Below are positions 40,873 through 51,450 of a stretch of 64,000 nt of DNA, piece after piece. Position 1 is the stretch's first letter, and every line of letters starts with the position of its first letter. Position numbers and translations under genes: made by a program. The stretch covers positions 59,171 to 123,170 of the forward strand of contig JACQZU010000022.1 in NCBI GenBank assembly GCA_016213735.1, written 5' to 3'. The notes under the pieces were generated by a model, which did no database searches, was not told where the DNA came from, and saw nothing but the letters and a program-made list of their open reading frames with translations. The DNA is from Acidobacteriota bacterium (GTDB lineage: Bacteria > Acidobacteriota > Holophagae > Holophagales > Holophagaceae).

Positions 40873-41477
40873 TGGGCCTCTCCCCTTCGACCTCCGGGCC
40901 TGGGGTGAGCCCCGTATCCTCGAAGGCCTGGACCATCCGGCCGGCCGGGCCGGGAGACGAACGCATCCTCGCGAAGCTCGGGCCCGAGACCTTCCAGGAG
41001 GCCTTCGGCGACGCCTTCCCCCGGTCCTTCATCCAGGAGCGCATGGCGCTCGCCTATGCCCCGGATCGCCTGGCCCTGGACCTGGCGGACCTGCGACAGG
41101 CCTGGTTCCTGGCCGAATCAGGCGCGGAGGCCGTGGGCTTCCTCTCCTTGGCGGAGGGGACCCCCCCGGGCTGCGTGGTCGAGCCCGGCCCCCTCGAACT
41201 GTCCCGGCTCTACGTGCGGGGGGCCTGGCAGGGGCGGGGGCCGGCCTTCGCCCTCATGGAGGCGGGCCTGGGAGAGGCCCGGCGGCGACGGGCCGGATCC
41301 CTCTGGCTCCAGGCCTGGGAGCGGAATCCAAGGGCCCTGGCGTTCTACCGGGCCCACGGATTCCGGGAGGCGGGGCGCGTGATCGTGCGATTCGGAGGGG
41401 AGGAACTGCCCCACCTGGTGCTCGTGCGCCGTCTCCCGGGGGGCGCGGGCGTTGACGCGGCGGAGGGGCCTGCCTAG
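40872..41477 (+). CDS. GNAT-family N-acetyltransferase
   Basis: GNAT motif A region (…LYVRGAWQGRGPAFALMEAG…). ATG overlaps the DinB stop (TGATG). Confidence 0.7.
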   Translation: MGLSPSTSGPGVSPVSSKAWTIRPAGPGDERILAKLGPETFQEAFGDAFPRSFIQERMALAYAPDRLALDLADLRQAWFLAESGAEAVGFLSLAEGTPPGCVVEPGPLELSRLYVRGAWQGRGPAFALMEAGLGEARRRRAGSLWLQAWERNPRALAFYRAHGFREAGRVIVRFGGEELPHLVLVRRLPGGAGVDAAEGPA

Positions 41478-41501
41478 GATTGACCCACTCCCGGGACAAC
41501 C

Positions 41502-43826
41502 ATGATTGGAAGGCGCTTGGGCCACGTCCGCCTGGACGCCCAGCTCGGCGCGGGCGGCATGGGCGTGGTCTATCGTGCCCGGGACGAGGTCCTGGATCGG
41601 GATGTGGCGGTCAAGGTGCTTCCGCCCGGCTCCCTGGCGGACGAGGCGGCCCGCCGGCGGTTCCGGCAGGAGGCCCAGGCCCTGGCCAGGCTGAGCCATC
41701 CCAACATCGGCCAGGTATTCGAATTCTCCGGCGAAGGGGAGGTGGACTTCCTCGCCATGGAGCTGATCGAGGGAGAGACCCTGGGGTCCCGCCTGCGCCG
41801 GGGCCCCCTTGAAGGCGCCGAATGGCTCCGGGCTGCGCGGCAGCTCGCCGGAGCGCTGGAGGCCGCCCACGAAGCGGGAATCATCCACCGGGACCTCAAG
41901 CCAGGGAACCTGAGGCTCACCACCCGGGGCGACCTCAAGGTGCTGGATTTCGGCCTGTCCAAGCTCGTGGACCTGGGGGGCTGCGAGGACAGCACCCGCG
42001 CCCTCACCGAGGCCCGGGCGGTCACGGGCACCTTCCCCTACATGGCTCCGGAACAGCTGCGCGCGGAGCCTGTGGATCCCCGGACGGACATCTGGGCCGC
42101 CGGGGTGGTGCTCTTCGAGCTGGCCACCGGACGACGGCCCTTCGACGGAGAGGTCCTGCCGGTCCTCACCGACCAGATCCTCCATTCCAAGCCCCCTTCC
42201 ACCCGGAAGCTCAACCCGGAGCTCCCGGAGGGTGTGGAGCGCGTGGTGGAGCGGTGCCTGGAGAAGGATGCGCAGCGCCGCTTCCAGAATGCCGGCGAGT
42301 TGCGGCGCGCCCTGGAAGACCTGGACAAGGGGCGCGGATCCTCGCCAGGGGGACGCGGGTGGGTCGCCGCCGCAGCGGCCGCCCTCCTGCTTCTGGGTGG
42401 CCTCGCGGCAGGATGGAAACTCCTGGGGCGGCCCGGCCCCGCCCCCATCGCCTCCCTCGCGGTCCTGCCCCTGGCCAACCTCAGTGGGGACGCGGGACAG
42501 GAGTACTTCGTCGACGGGATGACGGACGTGCTGATCACCGAGCTGACGCGCCTGAAGGGACTGAAGGTCATCTCCCGGACCTCCTGCATGCGATTCAAGA
42601 ACTCCAAACAGTCCCTGCCCGAGATCGCCAAGGCCCTCGGCGTCGAGGCGGTGATCGAAGGCACCGTGCACCGCGCCGGCGGACGGGTGCGGGTGAACGC
42701 CCAGCTCATCCGTGCCGCCACCGACGAACACCTTTGGGCCGAGGTCTTCGATCGCCAGGAGGAGGATGTCCTGGCCCTGCACAGCCAGATCGCCCGGGCC
42801 ATCGCCGGGCAGGTGAAGGTGGCGCTGGGCCCGGAGGTGGCCGGTCCCGCGCGACCGGCGCGCAAGGTCAAGCCCGAGGCCTTCGACCTGGTGCTGCAGG
42901 GCCGCCACCTCCTGGAGAACCTGGGGAACCCGAACGACCTGCCGAGGGTGACCCAGCTGTTCGAGAAGGCCGCGGCCCTCGACCCGCAGTCCGTGGAGGC
43001 CCACGCCGGCATCGCCGCCTCCCTCCAGCAGTGGTCCGCGTGGGGCTTCGGCGACTACTGGGAAGTGCATCCGCGGATCGTGAAGGAGGTGGACGCCGCC
43101 CTGGCCCTCGACCCGAACCATTCCTGGGCCCTGTGGGCCAAGGGCCAGCTGAGCCTCGCCATGAATCGGCCTCTGGAATGCTTGGAATTCGAACGCCGCG
43201 CGACGGAGGCGGACCCGAACAACTCCATCGCCCTTGGCACTTACGGGCTAGACCTTCTCAGCCAGGGGGACCCCCGCGGCGAAGATTTGGTGCGTCGCGC
43301 GGTGGAACTGGACCCGCTTGGCCAAGTCCAGCGCTGCAATTACATGACGGCCCTTTACTGCCAGCGCCGCTTTTCCGAGGCCGAGGCCGAGGCGAAGAAG
43401 ATCCTCGACCTCGACCCCCACTGGTTCTTCGCCCTGGACTTCCTGTTCCGGATTCATTTCCGCGAAGGCAAACGCGAGCTTGCCCAGGAGGAATCCCGCA
43501 AGACCTGGAAGGTGGCCTTCGGCGACGCCTTCAATCCGCCCGAGGGCCTGACCTGGGAGGCCTACGACCGCTGGCTGGAGCAGTTCCTGCTCAAGCAGTC
43601 CAAGACCTTCGTCCCGGTCTGGCTGGCGGACCTCTACGCCCGCCGCGGGGACAAGCGGAAGGCCCTCGATTACCTGGAACAGGCGGCCAAGGCGAACAAA
43701 GTGAACGCCCTCATGCCGCTCAACTACCCGGAATGGGACCTCCTGCGGGACGAGCCCCGCTTCCATTCCCTGGTCGAAAAGCAGGGCCTATCGCCCACCA
43801 CCTTCTGCAGGGCCCCCGGGAAGTAG
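41502..43826 (+). CDS. serine/threonine protein kinase with transmembrane segment and TPR repeats
   Basis: Hanks-type kinase motifs (GAGGMGVVY, VAVK, HRDLKPGN, DFGLSK, …PYMAPE…), then a TM helix and periplasmic/TPR-like C-terminal region. Confidence 0.85.
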   Translation: MIGRRLGHVRLDAQLGAGGMGVVYRARDEVLDRDVAVKVLPPGSLADEAARRRFRQEAQALARLSHPNIGQVFEFSGEGEVDFLAMELIEGETLGSRLRRGPLEGAEWLRAARQLAGALEAAHEAGIIHRDLKPGNLRLTTRGDLKVLDFGLSKLVDLGGCEDSTRALTEARAVTGTFPYMAPEQLRAEPVDPRTDIWAAGVVLFELATGRRPFDGEVLPVLTDQILHSKPPSTRKLNPELPEGVERVVERCLEKDAQRRFQNAGELRRALEDLDKGRGSSPGGRGWVAAAAAALLLLGGLAAGWKLLGRPGPAPIASLAVLPLANLSGDAGQEYFVDGMTDVLITELTRLKGLKVISRTSCMRFKNSKQSLPEIAKALGVEAVIEGTVHRAGGRVRVNAQLIRAATDEHLWAEVFDRQEEDVLALHSQIARAIAGQVKVALGPEVAGPARPARKVKPEAFDLVLQGRHLLENLGNPNDLPRVTQLFEKAAALDPQSVEAHAGIAASLQQWSAWGFGDYWEVHPRIVKEVDAALALDPNHSWALWAKGQLSLAMNRPLECLEFERRATEADPNNSIALGTYGLDLLSQGDPRGEDLVRRAVELDPLGQVQRCNYMTALYCQRRFSEAEAEAKKILDLDPHWFFALDFLFRIHFREGKRELAQEESRKTWKVAFGDAFNPPEGLTWEAYDRWLEQFLLKQSKTFVPVWLADLYARRGDKRKALDYLEQAAKANKVNALMPLNYPEWDLLRDEPRFHSLVEKQGLSPTTFCRAPGK

Positions 43827-43869
43827 GGGCGCCCTTCCCAGGGGGGCGGGCCGCGTCCAGGATGGGGGC

Positions 43870-44577
43870 ATGAACCTGGTCCTGCTCTTTCCCGAGGACT
43901 TCGTCGCCGAGGCCCGGGTGCGCCTCCAGGGCCGGCGGTGGGCCCACGTGCGCCAGGTTCACCGGGTCGGGGTGGGGGACGCCCTCCGGGTGGGCCTCCT
44001 GGGCGGGGCCATGGGGATCGGGAAGGTCAGGGCCCTGGACGCAGAGGCACTCGAGATGGAAGTCGTCCTCGATCAGCCACCGCCCCCCAAGCTGCCCCTG
44101 AGTCTGGTGCTGGCCCTGCCGCGCCCGAAGGTGCTGAACCGGGTGCTGGCCTCCGCCACAAGCCTGGGCGTCGCCCGGATGGCCCTGGTCAACGCCTGGA
44201 AGGTGGAGAGGGCCTACTGGGGAAGCCCCAAGCTGGAGCCGGACAACCTGCGCCGCCAGCTCCTCCTCGGCCTGGAACAGTCCCGGGACACGGTCATGCC
44301 GGAATTGAGCATCGGGAGGCTCTTCAGGCCCTTCGTGGAAGAGAGGCTGGATGCCTGGGCGGGTCCCGGCACCCGCCTCCTGGCCCATCCAGGCGCGGCG
44401 GAGACCTGTCCGGTGGGCCTCCCGGGCGGAGGTGTGGTGGCCATCGGGCCGGAGGGCGGCTGGATCGATGAGGAACGGGAAAGCCTTCGCCGGGCCGGTT
44501 TCCGCGAGGTGGACCTGGGCCCGCGGATCCTGAGGGTGGAAACCGCCCTCGCCGCCCTGGTGGGACGACTTTGTTGA
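43870..44577 (+). CDS. rsmE: 16S rRNA (uracil1498-N3)-methyltransferase
   Basis: PUA-like N-terminal domain plus SPOUT C-terminal domain (…VVAIGPEGGW…RILRVETA…). Confidence 0.8.
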   Translation: MNLVLLFPEDFVAEARVRLQGRRWAHVRQVHRVGVGDALRVGLLGGAMGIGKVRALDAEALEMEVVLDQPPPPKLPLSLVLALPRPKVLNRVLASATSLGVARMALVNAWKVERAYWGSPKLEPDNLRRQLLLGLEQSRDTVMPELSIGRLFRPFVEERLDAWAGPGTRLLAHPGAAETCPVGLPGGGVVAIGPEGGWIDEERESLRRAGFREVDLGPRILRVETALAALVGRLC

Positions 44578-44662
44578 AGGCCGCAGGGTCATATTCCTGT
44601 GGACCCCTGGGTCCTCGGCGTGTTTGATAGAAAAATCCGGCAGGTCCGGACTCGCGGGAGCC

Positions 44663-46624
44663 ATGAGGATTGTGAACCTGACCACCCACGAAAACCCTCC
44701 TACGCCGGAGGATGGCTTGGCTCCTGACCTGGGGCCCATTCCGCCGGAGTTCGCCGGAGCCCCGGAGGTGGAGAAGGAGGATTCATCGGCGGCCGTCGAG
44801 GGTCGGGGCGACTCCGTGCTGGTGCTGGAGATCACGGGGCGGGGCCTTCCGGTCATTGCCGACTTGAACGAGGCGGCGGCCCGGGCCCACGGATATGCGC
44901 GATCCGAGCTGCTGGGACAGCCCATCACGGTCATCGATCCAGACATGACCCCCGAGCTGGGGGCGGAACGGTCCCGCTGGCTGGGGGAACACCCGGGCCG
45001 CCCCATGCATGTCCGGCACCGGCGGAAGGACGGTTCCTTTTTCGAGGTGGAGGTCCTCGCCCACCAGGTTGAATTCGGGGGGCGGGTGTTCTCGGTGGCC
45101 CTGGAACGGGACACCACCGAGCGGATGCGGGAAGAGAACGCCATCCGGCTGCGGGAGCAGCGTTTCCGCGAGGCCCAGACCCTGGCCAGGCTGGGCCACT
45201 GGGAGTACCACCACAAGGACGGCTGGACCTTCTGGTCGGAGGAATTGCACCGGATCCACGAACACGATCCCCGGCGACCGCCGCCATCCTACGAGGCCTT
45301 CCTCTCCATCGTCCACCCGGAGGACCGGAGGAGCGTCCAGGAGGCCTATGACAGCCACCTCGCCAGCGGATCCCCCTACGCCATTGAGTACCGCCTGATC
45401 CTCCCTTCGGGGAAGGTCCGGCACATCCGGAGCCACTGCCGCACGGAGTTCGAGGGTCCCGCGATGCCGCTCCGGACCTTCGGGACCGACCAGGACATCA
45501 CCGAACGCAAGGAGGAGGCAGAGGCCCGGCGGGCGCTCGAGCAGCAGCTGCAGCACCTGCAACGTCTCGAGGTGGTGGGCCGCCTGGCAGGGGGGGTCGC
45601 CCACGACATGAACAATGTGCTGGCTGCGATCCTCGCCATGGCCACCCAGTTGCACCAGGCCGGGGGAGCGGCCCGGGGGAAGGCGGAGCTCATCCTGAAG
45701 GCGTGCCTCCGGGGCCGGAACCTGGTGAAGGGCCTCCTGGACTTCTCCAGGAAAGCGCCGGAGCGGCAGGAGATCCTGGACCTGCACGAGATCCTGACGG
45801 ACGAGGCGGAGCTGCTCTCGGGCACCACCCTTGGACGCATCCAGATCGTCCTGGACCTGCAAGCAGAACCCTCCCTGATCCTTGGGGACGCGAACGCCGT
45901 CGCCAATGCGCTGATGAACCTCGGGGTCAATGCGGTGGACGCGATGCCTGGGGGCGGGGAACTCGCCCTGCGAACCCGCAGCGGGGCCGGAGGGATGATC
46001 GAGATCCTTGTCGAAGACTCGGGACAGGGGATGCCGCCGGAGGTGCTGGACCGGGCCATCGAGCCCTTCTTCACGACCAAGCCGAGCGGAAAGGGAACCG
46101 GGCTGGGGCTTTCGGCGGTCTTTGGGACGGCCCGGGCCCACGGCGGGAACCTCGAGATCCAGAGTGAGGTGGGCCGCGGAACGCGCGTCATTTTGCGCCT
46201 CCCCGCCATTTCGGAGGTCGAACCGTCCCGTGCGGGGAATTCCATCGAGCCGGGGGGCCGACCTGCCCGGGCCTGGCGGATCCTCCTCGTGGATGATGAC
46301 GATCTGATCCGCGAGACCGCGCCGGCCATGCTGGCCTCGGCGGGGCACTGGGTGCAGGCCGCCGCCAGCGGCCGGCAGGCGCTGGCGCTCCTGGAGGCCG
46401 GCCTGGAGGTGGATGCCGTGGTGCTGGACCTGAACATGCCCGGGATGGATGGCGGGGAGGCCCTTGGGGCCATCCGTGCCTTGCGCCCGGGGCTGCCCGT
46501 CCTCATGGCCAGCGGGTACCTGGGGCACGAAAACCTGGACCCGTTCCTCTCCCTGGGCAAGGTCCAGGTGCTGGCCAAACCTTACTCCCTGGATGAATTC
46601 CACCGGACCCTGGAACGGCTCTGA
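44663..46624 (+). CDS. PAS/PAC hybrid sensor histidine kinase with C-terminal receiver (paralog of the 24520..29010 kinase)
   Basis: Two PAS/PAC modules, H-box …RLAGGVAHDMNNVL…, HATPase, REC. ATG at 44663 (GGGAG upstream); the track start at 44624 is TTG. Confidence 0.85.
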   Translation: MRIVNLTTHENPPTPEDGLAPDLGPIPPEFAGAPEVEKEDSSAAVEGRGDSVLVLEITGRGLPVIADLNEAAARAHGYARSELLGQPITVIDPDMTPELGAERSRWLGEHPGRPMHVRHRRKDGSFFEVEVLAHQVEFGGRVFSVALERDTTERMREENAIRLREQRFREAQTLARLGHWEYHHKDGWTFWSEELHRIHEHDPRRPPPSYEAFLSIVHPEDRRSVQEAYDSHLASGSPYAIEYRLILPSGKVRHIRSHCRTEFEGPAMPLRTFGTDQDITERKEEAEARRALEQQLQHLQRLEVVGRLAGGVAHDMNNVLAAILAMATQLHQAGGAARGKAELILKACLRGRNLVKGLLDFSRKAPERQEILDLHEILTDEAELLSGTTLGRIQIVLDLQAEPSLILGDANAVANALMNLGVNAVDAMPGGGELALRTRSGAGGMIEILVEDSGQGMPPEVLDRAIEPFFTTKPSGKGTGLGLSAVFGTARAHGGNLEIQSEVGRGTRVILRLPAISEVEPSRAGNSIEPGGRPARAWRILLVDDDDLIRETAPAMLASAGHWVQAAASGRQALALLEAGLEVDAVVLDLNMPGMDGGEALGAIRALRPGLPVLMASGYLGHENLDPFLSLGKVQVLAKPYSLDEFHRTLERL

Positions 46625-46724
46625 GCCGGGTCTGCCGGCCCCGGACCCGTCACGGCTCGCCCCAGGCCTGCCTGGGCGCGCTCCATTGGAGCTATGCTGG
46701 CCCCTGGATCTTTCGGAGACCGTC

Positions 46725-49700
46725 ATGCCGCGCCGCGCCGCCTGCATCGTCCTCTTTCTTGCCGGATGCACCCTCGTGGCGCAGGAACGGCTGCCCCGGT
46801 TCGTGAGCACCCCCGATGTCCGGGGGGAGCAGGTGCTCTTCACCTGGGAGGACGATCTCTGGGTGGGATCCCTCCAGGGGGGCAGCGCCCACCGGTTGAC
46901 GACGCATCCGGGGACCGAGAACAACGGCCGCTTCAGCCCCGACGGAAAGTGGATCGCCTTCAACGCGCGGTACGACGGCCAGCAGGAGGTGTACCTGATG
47001 CCCTCGGCGGGGGGCACGCCCAGGCGCCTCACCTGGTCCGGCGCCGCCACGGTCCTGGGGTGGACCCCCGACGGGAAGAAGGTCCTCTACCGCAGCTTCC
47101 AGGACTTCGACGTCCGGCCCGTCTCCCGCATCTATTCCGTGGACCTGGAGGGCCACGAGCCCGAGCCCCTGCCCTTGCGGAAGGCCACGGAAGGCGCCTA
47201 TTCCCCCGACGGGGCCCGATTCGCCTTCAGCACCCGCGGCGACGCGGAGTACTACTGGAAACGCTACAAGGGCGGCCAGGCCCCGGACCTCTGGATCGGG
47301 GACTTCCAGGCCGGGCGCTTCGAGAAGCTGAGCACCTTCGAGGGGAAGAACGGCCATCCCATGTGGGCCGGCGGCAAGGTGCTCTTCACCTCGGACCGCT
47401 CCCCCAGCGGCCTCACCGACCTCTACGCCCTGGACCCCGCCACGAAGGCGGTGGAGCCCCTCACCCAGGTGCAGCAGTTCGACGTCCAGTGGCCCGCCAC
47501 GGACGGCCGCACGGTGGTCTTCGTGCACGGGGGCTGGCTGCAGGCGCTGGACCTGGCCACCCGGCAGATCCGCCGGGTGGAACTGAAGGTGGTCTCGGAC
47601 GCCTGGAAGGTTGCCCCCCGGACCGTGAACCCGAAGGACTGGATCCAGTCCTTCGCCCTGGCCAAGGACGCCCTGGCCCTGGAAGCCCGCGGGGATGTCT
47701 TCCTGCTGCCCGTCGACGCGGCGAAGCCCGCCCCGAACCTCACCCGGACCCCCGGCACCCGCGAGCGCATGCCACGCCTCTCCCCCGACGGGAAGAAGGT
47801 GGCCTACTGGAGCGACGCCAGCGGTGACTACGACCTGTACGTGAAGCCGGCCGAAGGGGGGCCCGCGGAGCGGATCCCCACGGGACTGAAGACCACGGTC
47901 TACCACCTGGAATGGAGTCCCGACGGCTCCAAGATCCTGTTCGGGGACAAGGGCTTCGCGATCCGCGTCATGGACCTGGCCACGAAAAAGCTCAGCACCC
48001 TGGCCGAGTGGCACGACCTGAAGAACGACGAATTCACCTGGGAGATCAGCGACTATGCCTGGTCCCCCGATTCCCGGTGGGTGGCCTACACCGTGGTGGA
48101 GCCCAGCCGGAACGGGCGCATCTGGATCCAGGAGCTGGCCACCGGGAAGAAGGTGGCCGTCACCAGCGGCTTTTTCGACAGCCTGAACCCCTGCTTCGAC
48201 CTGGATGGGAGCAGCCTCTATTTCCTCAGCTACTCCAACTTCGAGACACGGATCGACCCCAGCGAGGCCAACCACATCCAGCACGCCCCCGTCCAGATCA
48301 TGCGGGTGCAGTTGAAGGCCGGGGACGAAACGGGACCCTTCCGGATCGACGCGGAAGGCCTGCAGGAGCGCACGGCCCCCCTGCCGGTGAAGCCTGGCAA
48401 CCACTTCCACCTGAAGGCGGGGAAGGGGGTGGTGGCCTGGGCCGGAATCGAAGGCTGGGACGAGGACGTGCTGGAGGAATTCTGGGCCCCCCGGGGCCAG
48501 GACAAATGGAAGCTGCACTTCTACGACCGGGCAACCAAGAAGGAATCCGTCCTGAACGACACCGTCAGCGACTGGTCCTTCGATCCCGAGGGGAAGAAAC
48601 TGGCTCTCCGCAAGGGCGGGGTCTTCCACGTGGGGGAGGTCGCCTCCCTGACCGCTTCCAAGGCCCTGCCCGAGAAGGTGGACCTGGAGCGCCTCAGCCT
48701 GCGGGTGGAGCCCCGCTCGGAGTGGGCCCAGATCTTCGAGGACTGCTGGCGCTGGTACCGGGACTTCTTCTACGACGCCGGCATGCACGGCCAGGACTGG
48801 AAGGCCATCCACGACAAATTCGCCGCCTGGCTGCCGGAGCTCAATTCCCGGGCCGAGCTCAACTGGCTCCTGTCCCAGATGGTCGGGGAACTCTGCGTCA
48901 GCCACACCTATGTCAGCGGCGGGGACTTCGCCCCTCAGCTCCCGCTCCCGACCCCGGTCTTCACCGGGCGCCTGGGGGCGGACCTGGTCCCTGGGAACGG
49001 CCATTTCCGATTCGCCAGGGTCTTCGGTCCCACGCCCTACAAGCCTGACCTCAAGGCCCCCCTGGCCGATCCGGCCCCCAAGGTGAAGGAGGGGGACTAC
49101 CTCCTGGCCATCGACGGGCAGCCCGTGGCCCCTCCGGAGAGCCTGGCCTCTCGCCTCCAGGTGGTGAAGGGGCAGAAGCTCAAGCTCACGGTGAACGGGA
49201 AGCCCTCCATGGAAGGGGCCCGAACTGTCGAGGTCGAGCCCCTCCAGACCGATTCCACCCTGCGCTACGAGCGCTGGGTGGCCGACAACATCGCCAAGGT
49301 GGAGAAGGCCAGCGGCGGCCAGCTGGGCTACCTCCACCTCACCGCCATGGGCGTGGCCAACATCGGACAGTTCGACAAGTACTGGCGGGCCTTCCGCTAC
49401 CGGAAGGGCCTGGTGGTGGACGTGCGGGGGAACGGCGGCGGCTGGACCGAGTACTTCATGATCGACAAGCTGGAGCAGAAACAGGTGGGCTTCAATGTCC
49501 TTCGCGGGATGGGCCCCTTCCGATACCCCGGCAGCGCCTCCGACGGCCGCTTCGTGTTCCTCTCCAACGAGCAGAACGGCAGCGACGGGGAGGCCTTCCT
49601 GGCCCACGCGAGGGCCCTGAAGCTGGGCACCATCGTGGGCGTCCCCAGCTGGGGCGGCCTGGTGGGCATCATCAACACCCAGCGGACCGTGGACGGCGGC

Positions 49701-49919
49701 CGGGTGGAACAGAGCAACAACGCCTTCTTCGGAAGGGAGGGCCGGTGGTGGGTGGAGAACCATGGCGCCGACCCCGACCTCCTCGTGGAGAACGATCCCG
49801 CCAGCCTCCTGGCCGGTCAGGACCGCCAGCTGGAGGTCGGCGTGGCCACCCTGCTCAAGGAGCTCAAGGAGAAACCCACCGAGGCCTTCCCACCGGTTCC
49901 GGCCTACCCCAAGCGCTGA
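46725..49919 (+). CDS. tricorn-protease-like S41-family peptidase with N-terminal beta-propeller domains
   Basis: Signal peptide; repeated WD/Tol-like propeller repeats (…SPDGKWIAF…, …SPDGKKVAY…, …SPDGSKILF…); C-terminal PDZ/S41 catalytic region; about 1064 aa. Confidence 0.8.
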   Translation: MPRRAACIVLFLAGCTLVAQERLPRFVSTPDVRGEQVLFTWEDDLWVGSLQGGSAHRLTTHPGTENNGRFSPDGKWIAFNARYDGQQEVYLMPSAGGTPRRLTWSGAATVLGWTPDGKKVLYRSFQDFDVRPVSRIYSVDLEGHEPEPLPLRKATEGAYSPDGARFAFSTRGDAEYYWKRYKGGQAPDLWIGDFQAGRFEKLSTFEGKNGHPMWAGGKVLFTSDRSPSGLTDLYALDPATKAVEPLTQVQQFDVQWPATDGRTVVFVHGGWLQALDLATRQIRRVELKVVSDAWKVAPRTVNPKDWIQSFALAKDALALEARGDVFLLPVDAAKPAPNLTRTPGTRERMPRLSPDGKKVAYWSDASGDYDLYVKPAEGGPAERIPTGLKTTVYHLEWSPDGSKILFGDKGFAIRVMDLATKKLSTLAEWHDLKNDEFTWEISDYAWSPDSRWVAYTVVEPSRNGRIWIQELATGKKVAVTSGFFDSLNPCFDLDGSSLYFLSYSNFETRIDPSEANHIQHAPVQIMRVQLKAGDETGPFRIDAEGLQERTAPLPVKPGNHFHLKAGKGVVAWAGIEGWDEDVLEEFWAPRGQDKWKLHFYDRATKKESVLNDTVSDWSFDPEGKKLALRKGGVFHVGEVASLTASKALPEKVDLERLSLRVEPRSEWAQIFEDCWRWYRDFFYDAGMHGQDWKAIHDKFAAWLPELNSRAELNWLLSQMVGELCVSHTYVSGGDFAPQLPLPTPVFTGRLGADLVPGNGHFRFARVFGPTPYKPDLKAPLADPAPKVKEGDYLLAIDGQPVAPPESLASRLQVVKGQKLKLTVNGKPSMEGARTVEVEPLQTDSTLRYERWVADNIAKVEKASGGQLGYLHLTAMGVANIGQFDKYWRAFRYRKGLVVDVRGNGGGWTEYFMIDKLEQKQVGFNVLRGMGPFRYPGSASDGRFVFLSNEQNGSDGEAFLAHARALKLGTIVGVPSWGGLVGIINTQRTVDGGRVEQSNNAFFGREGRWWVENHGADPDLLVENDPASLLAGQDRQLEVGVATLLKELKEKPTEAFPPVPAYPKR

Positions 49920-49935
49920 GGCCCCCAGGCCTCAG
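49916..49935. terminator. bidirectional stem-loop spanning the convergent stop codons of the tricorn-protease-like gene and ilvA
   Basis: CTGAGGCC-CCCA-GGCCTCAG (8-bp stem); no U-tract on either strand. Confidence 0.25.
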
Positions 49936-51440
49936 CCCAGGAACAGTTCGTAGGCGCTGTTGCGTCCCTCGTCGGCGTAGCGGTAGCCCAGCCCCTCGAG
50001 GAAGGCCCGGAAGGCCGCGCCCTCCTCGGGGGGCACCTGGATCCCCGCGAGGACGCGGCCGTAGTCGGCCCCGTGGTTCCGGTAGTGGAAGAGGGAGATG
50101 TTCCAGCCCCGGCTCATGTGGTCCAGGAAGCGGAGCAGGGCGCCGGGTCGCTCCGGGAACTCGAAGCGCAGCACCCGCTCGTGGGCGAGTCCCGGGGCGT
50201 GGCCTCCCACCATGTGCCGCACGTGGAGCTTGGCCATCTCGTTTCCGCTGAAGTCCCTGGGCCGCAGGCCGGCGGTCTCCAGCCGCCCGAGGAGGTCTTG
50301 GAATTCCCGGCGGTCCGCCACCTGGAGGCCCACGAAGATGTGGGCCTGCGCGGGGTCGGCGTATCGGTAGTTGAACTCCGTGATGGAGCGGGCTCCGATG
50401 AGCTCGCAGAAGGCGCGGAAGCTGCCGGGCCGCTCGGGGATGGTCACCGCGAAGACCGCCTCCCGCTGCTCGCCCAGCTCCGCGCGCTCCGCCACGAAGC
50501 GGAGGCGGTCGAAATTGACGTTGGCGCCGGAGAGGATGGCCACCTGGTTCCCTTCCAGGCCGCCGCCCGCGGCCCGGCGCTTGAGGCCCGCCACGGCCAG
50601 GGCCCCCGCGGGCTCCAGGATGGAGCGGGTCTGCTCGAAGACGTCCTTGATGGCCGCGCACATTTCGTCCGTGCCCACCTGGATGGTCTCGTCCACGAAG
50701 CGGCGGCAGAGGTCGAAGGTGAGCTTGCCCACCTGTTTCACGGCCACGCCGTCCGCGAAGAGCCCCACCTGGGGGAGGCGCACCCTCCGCCCCGCCAGCA
50801 GGGAGCGGTGCATGGCGTCCGAGTCCTCGGGTTCCACCCCCACGACGCGCACCTCGGGCCTGAGGCGCTTGAGGTAGGCCGCGACCCCGGCGATGAGGCC
50901 GCCCCCCCCCACGGGCACGAACACCGTTCCCAGCCCCCGGGGCATCTGGCGGAGCAGTTCCATGCCGATGGTGCCCTGGCCGGCGATCACGTCCAGGTCG
51001 TCGTAGGGGTGGATGTAGGTGTGGCCCTTCTCCTCCCGCAGCTCCTGGGAACGGGCGAAGGCCTCGTCGAAGGTATCCCCGTGGAGCTGGACCTCCGCCC
51101 CGTAGGCCCGTACCGCCTCCACCTTGATGGCCGGGGTGGTCACGGGCATGACGATGACCGCCCGGCAGCCGAGCTTGCGGGCCGCCAGGGCCACCCCCTG
51201 GGCGTGGTTGCCGGCGGAGGCGGCCACGACCCCCCGTTCCCGCTGGGCGGCGGTCAGGCCCGCCATCTTGTTGTAGGCCCCCCGAAGCTTGAAGGAGAAG
51301 ACGGGCTGCAGATCCTCCCGCTTGAACCAGACGCTGCAGCCCAGGCGTCCGCTGAGCAGGGGGGCCGCCTCCAGGGGGGACTCGATGGCCACGTCGTAGA
51401 CCTGGGCGGTGAGGATGCGCTCGAGGAGGTCGCGGCTCAT
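49932..51440 (-). CDS. ilvA: threonine ammonia-lyase, biosynthetic (with C-terminal ACT-like regulatory domains)
   Basis: PLP site …FKLRGA… and the tandem regulatory domains typical of long-form IlvA (502 aa). Confidence 0.9.
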   Translation of the reverse strand: MSRDLLERILTAQVYDVAIESPLEAAPLLSGRLGCSVWFKREDLQPVFSFKLRGAYNKMAGLTAAQRERGVVAASAGNHAQGVALAARKLGCRAVIVMPVTTPAIKVEAVRAYGAEVQLHGDTFDEAFARSQELREEKGHTYIHPYDDLDVIAGQGTIGMELLRQMPRGLGTVFVPVGGGGLIAGVAAYLKRLRPEVRVVGVEPEDSDAMHRSLLAGRRVRLPQVGLFADGVAVKQVGKLTFDLCRRFVDETIQVGTDEMCAAIKDVFEQTRSILEPAGALAVAGLKRRAAGGGLEGNQVAILSGANVNFDRLRFVAERAELGEQREAVFAVTIPERPGSFRAFCELIGARSITEFNYRYADPAQAHIFVGLQVADRREFQDLLGRLETAGLRPRDFSGNEMAKLHVRHMVGGHAPGLAHERVLRFEFPERPGALLRFLDHMSRGWNISLFHYRNHGADYGRVLAGIQVPPEEGAAFRAFLEGLGYRYADEGRNSAYELFLG

Positions 51441-51450
51441 GGGGACTCCT

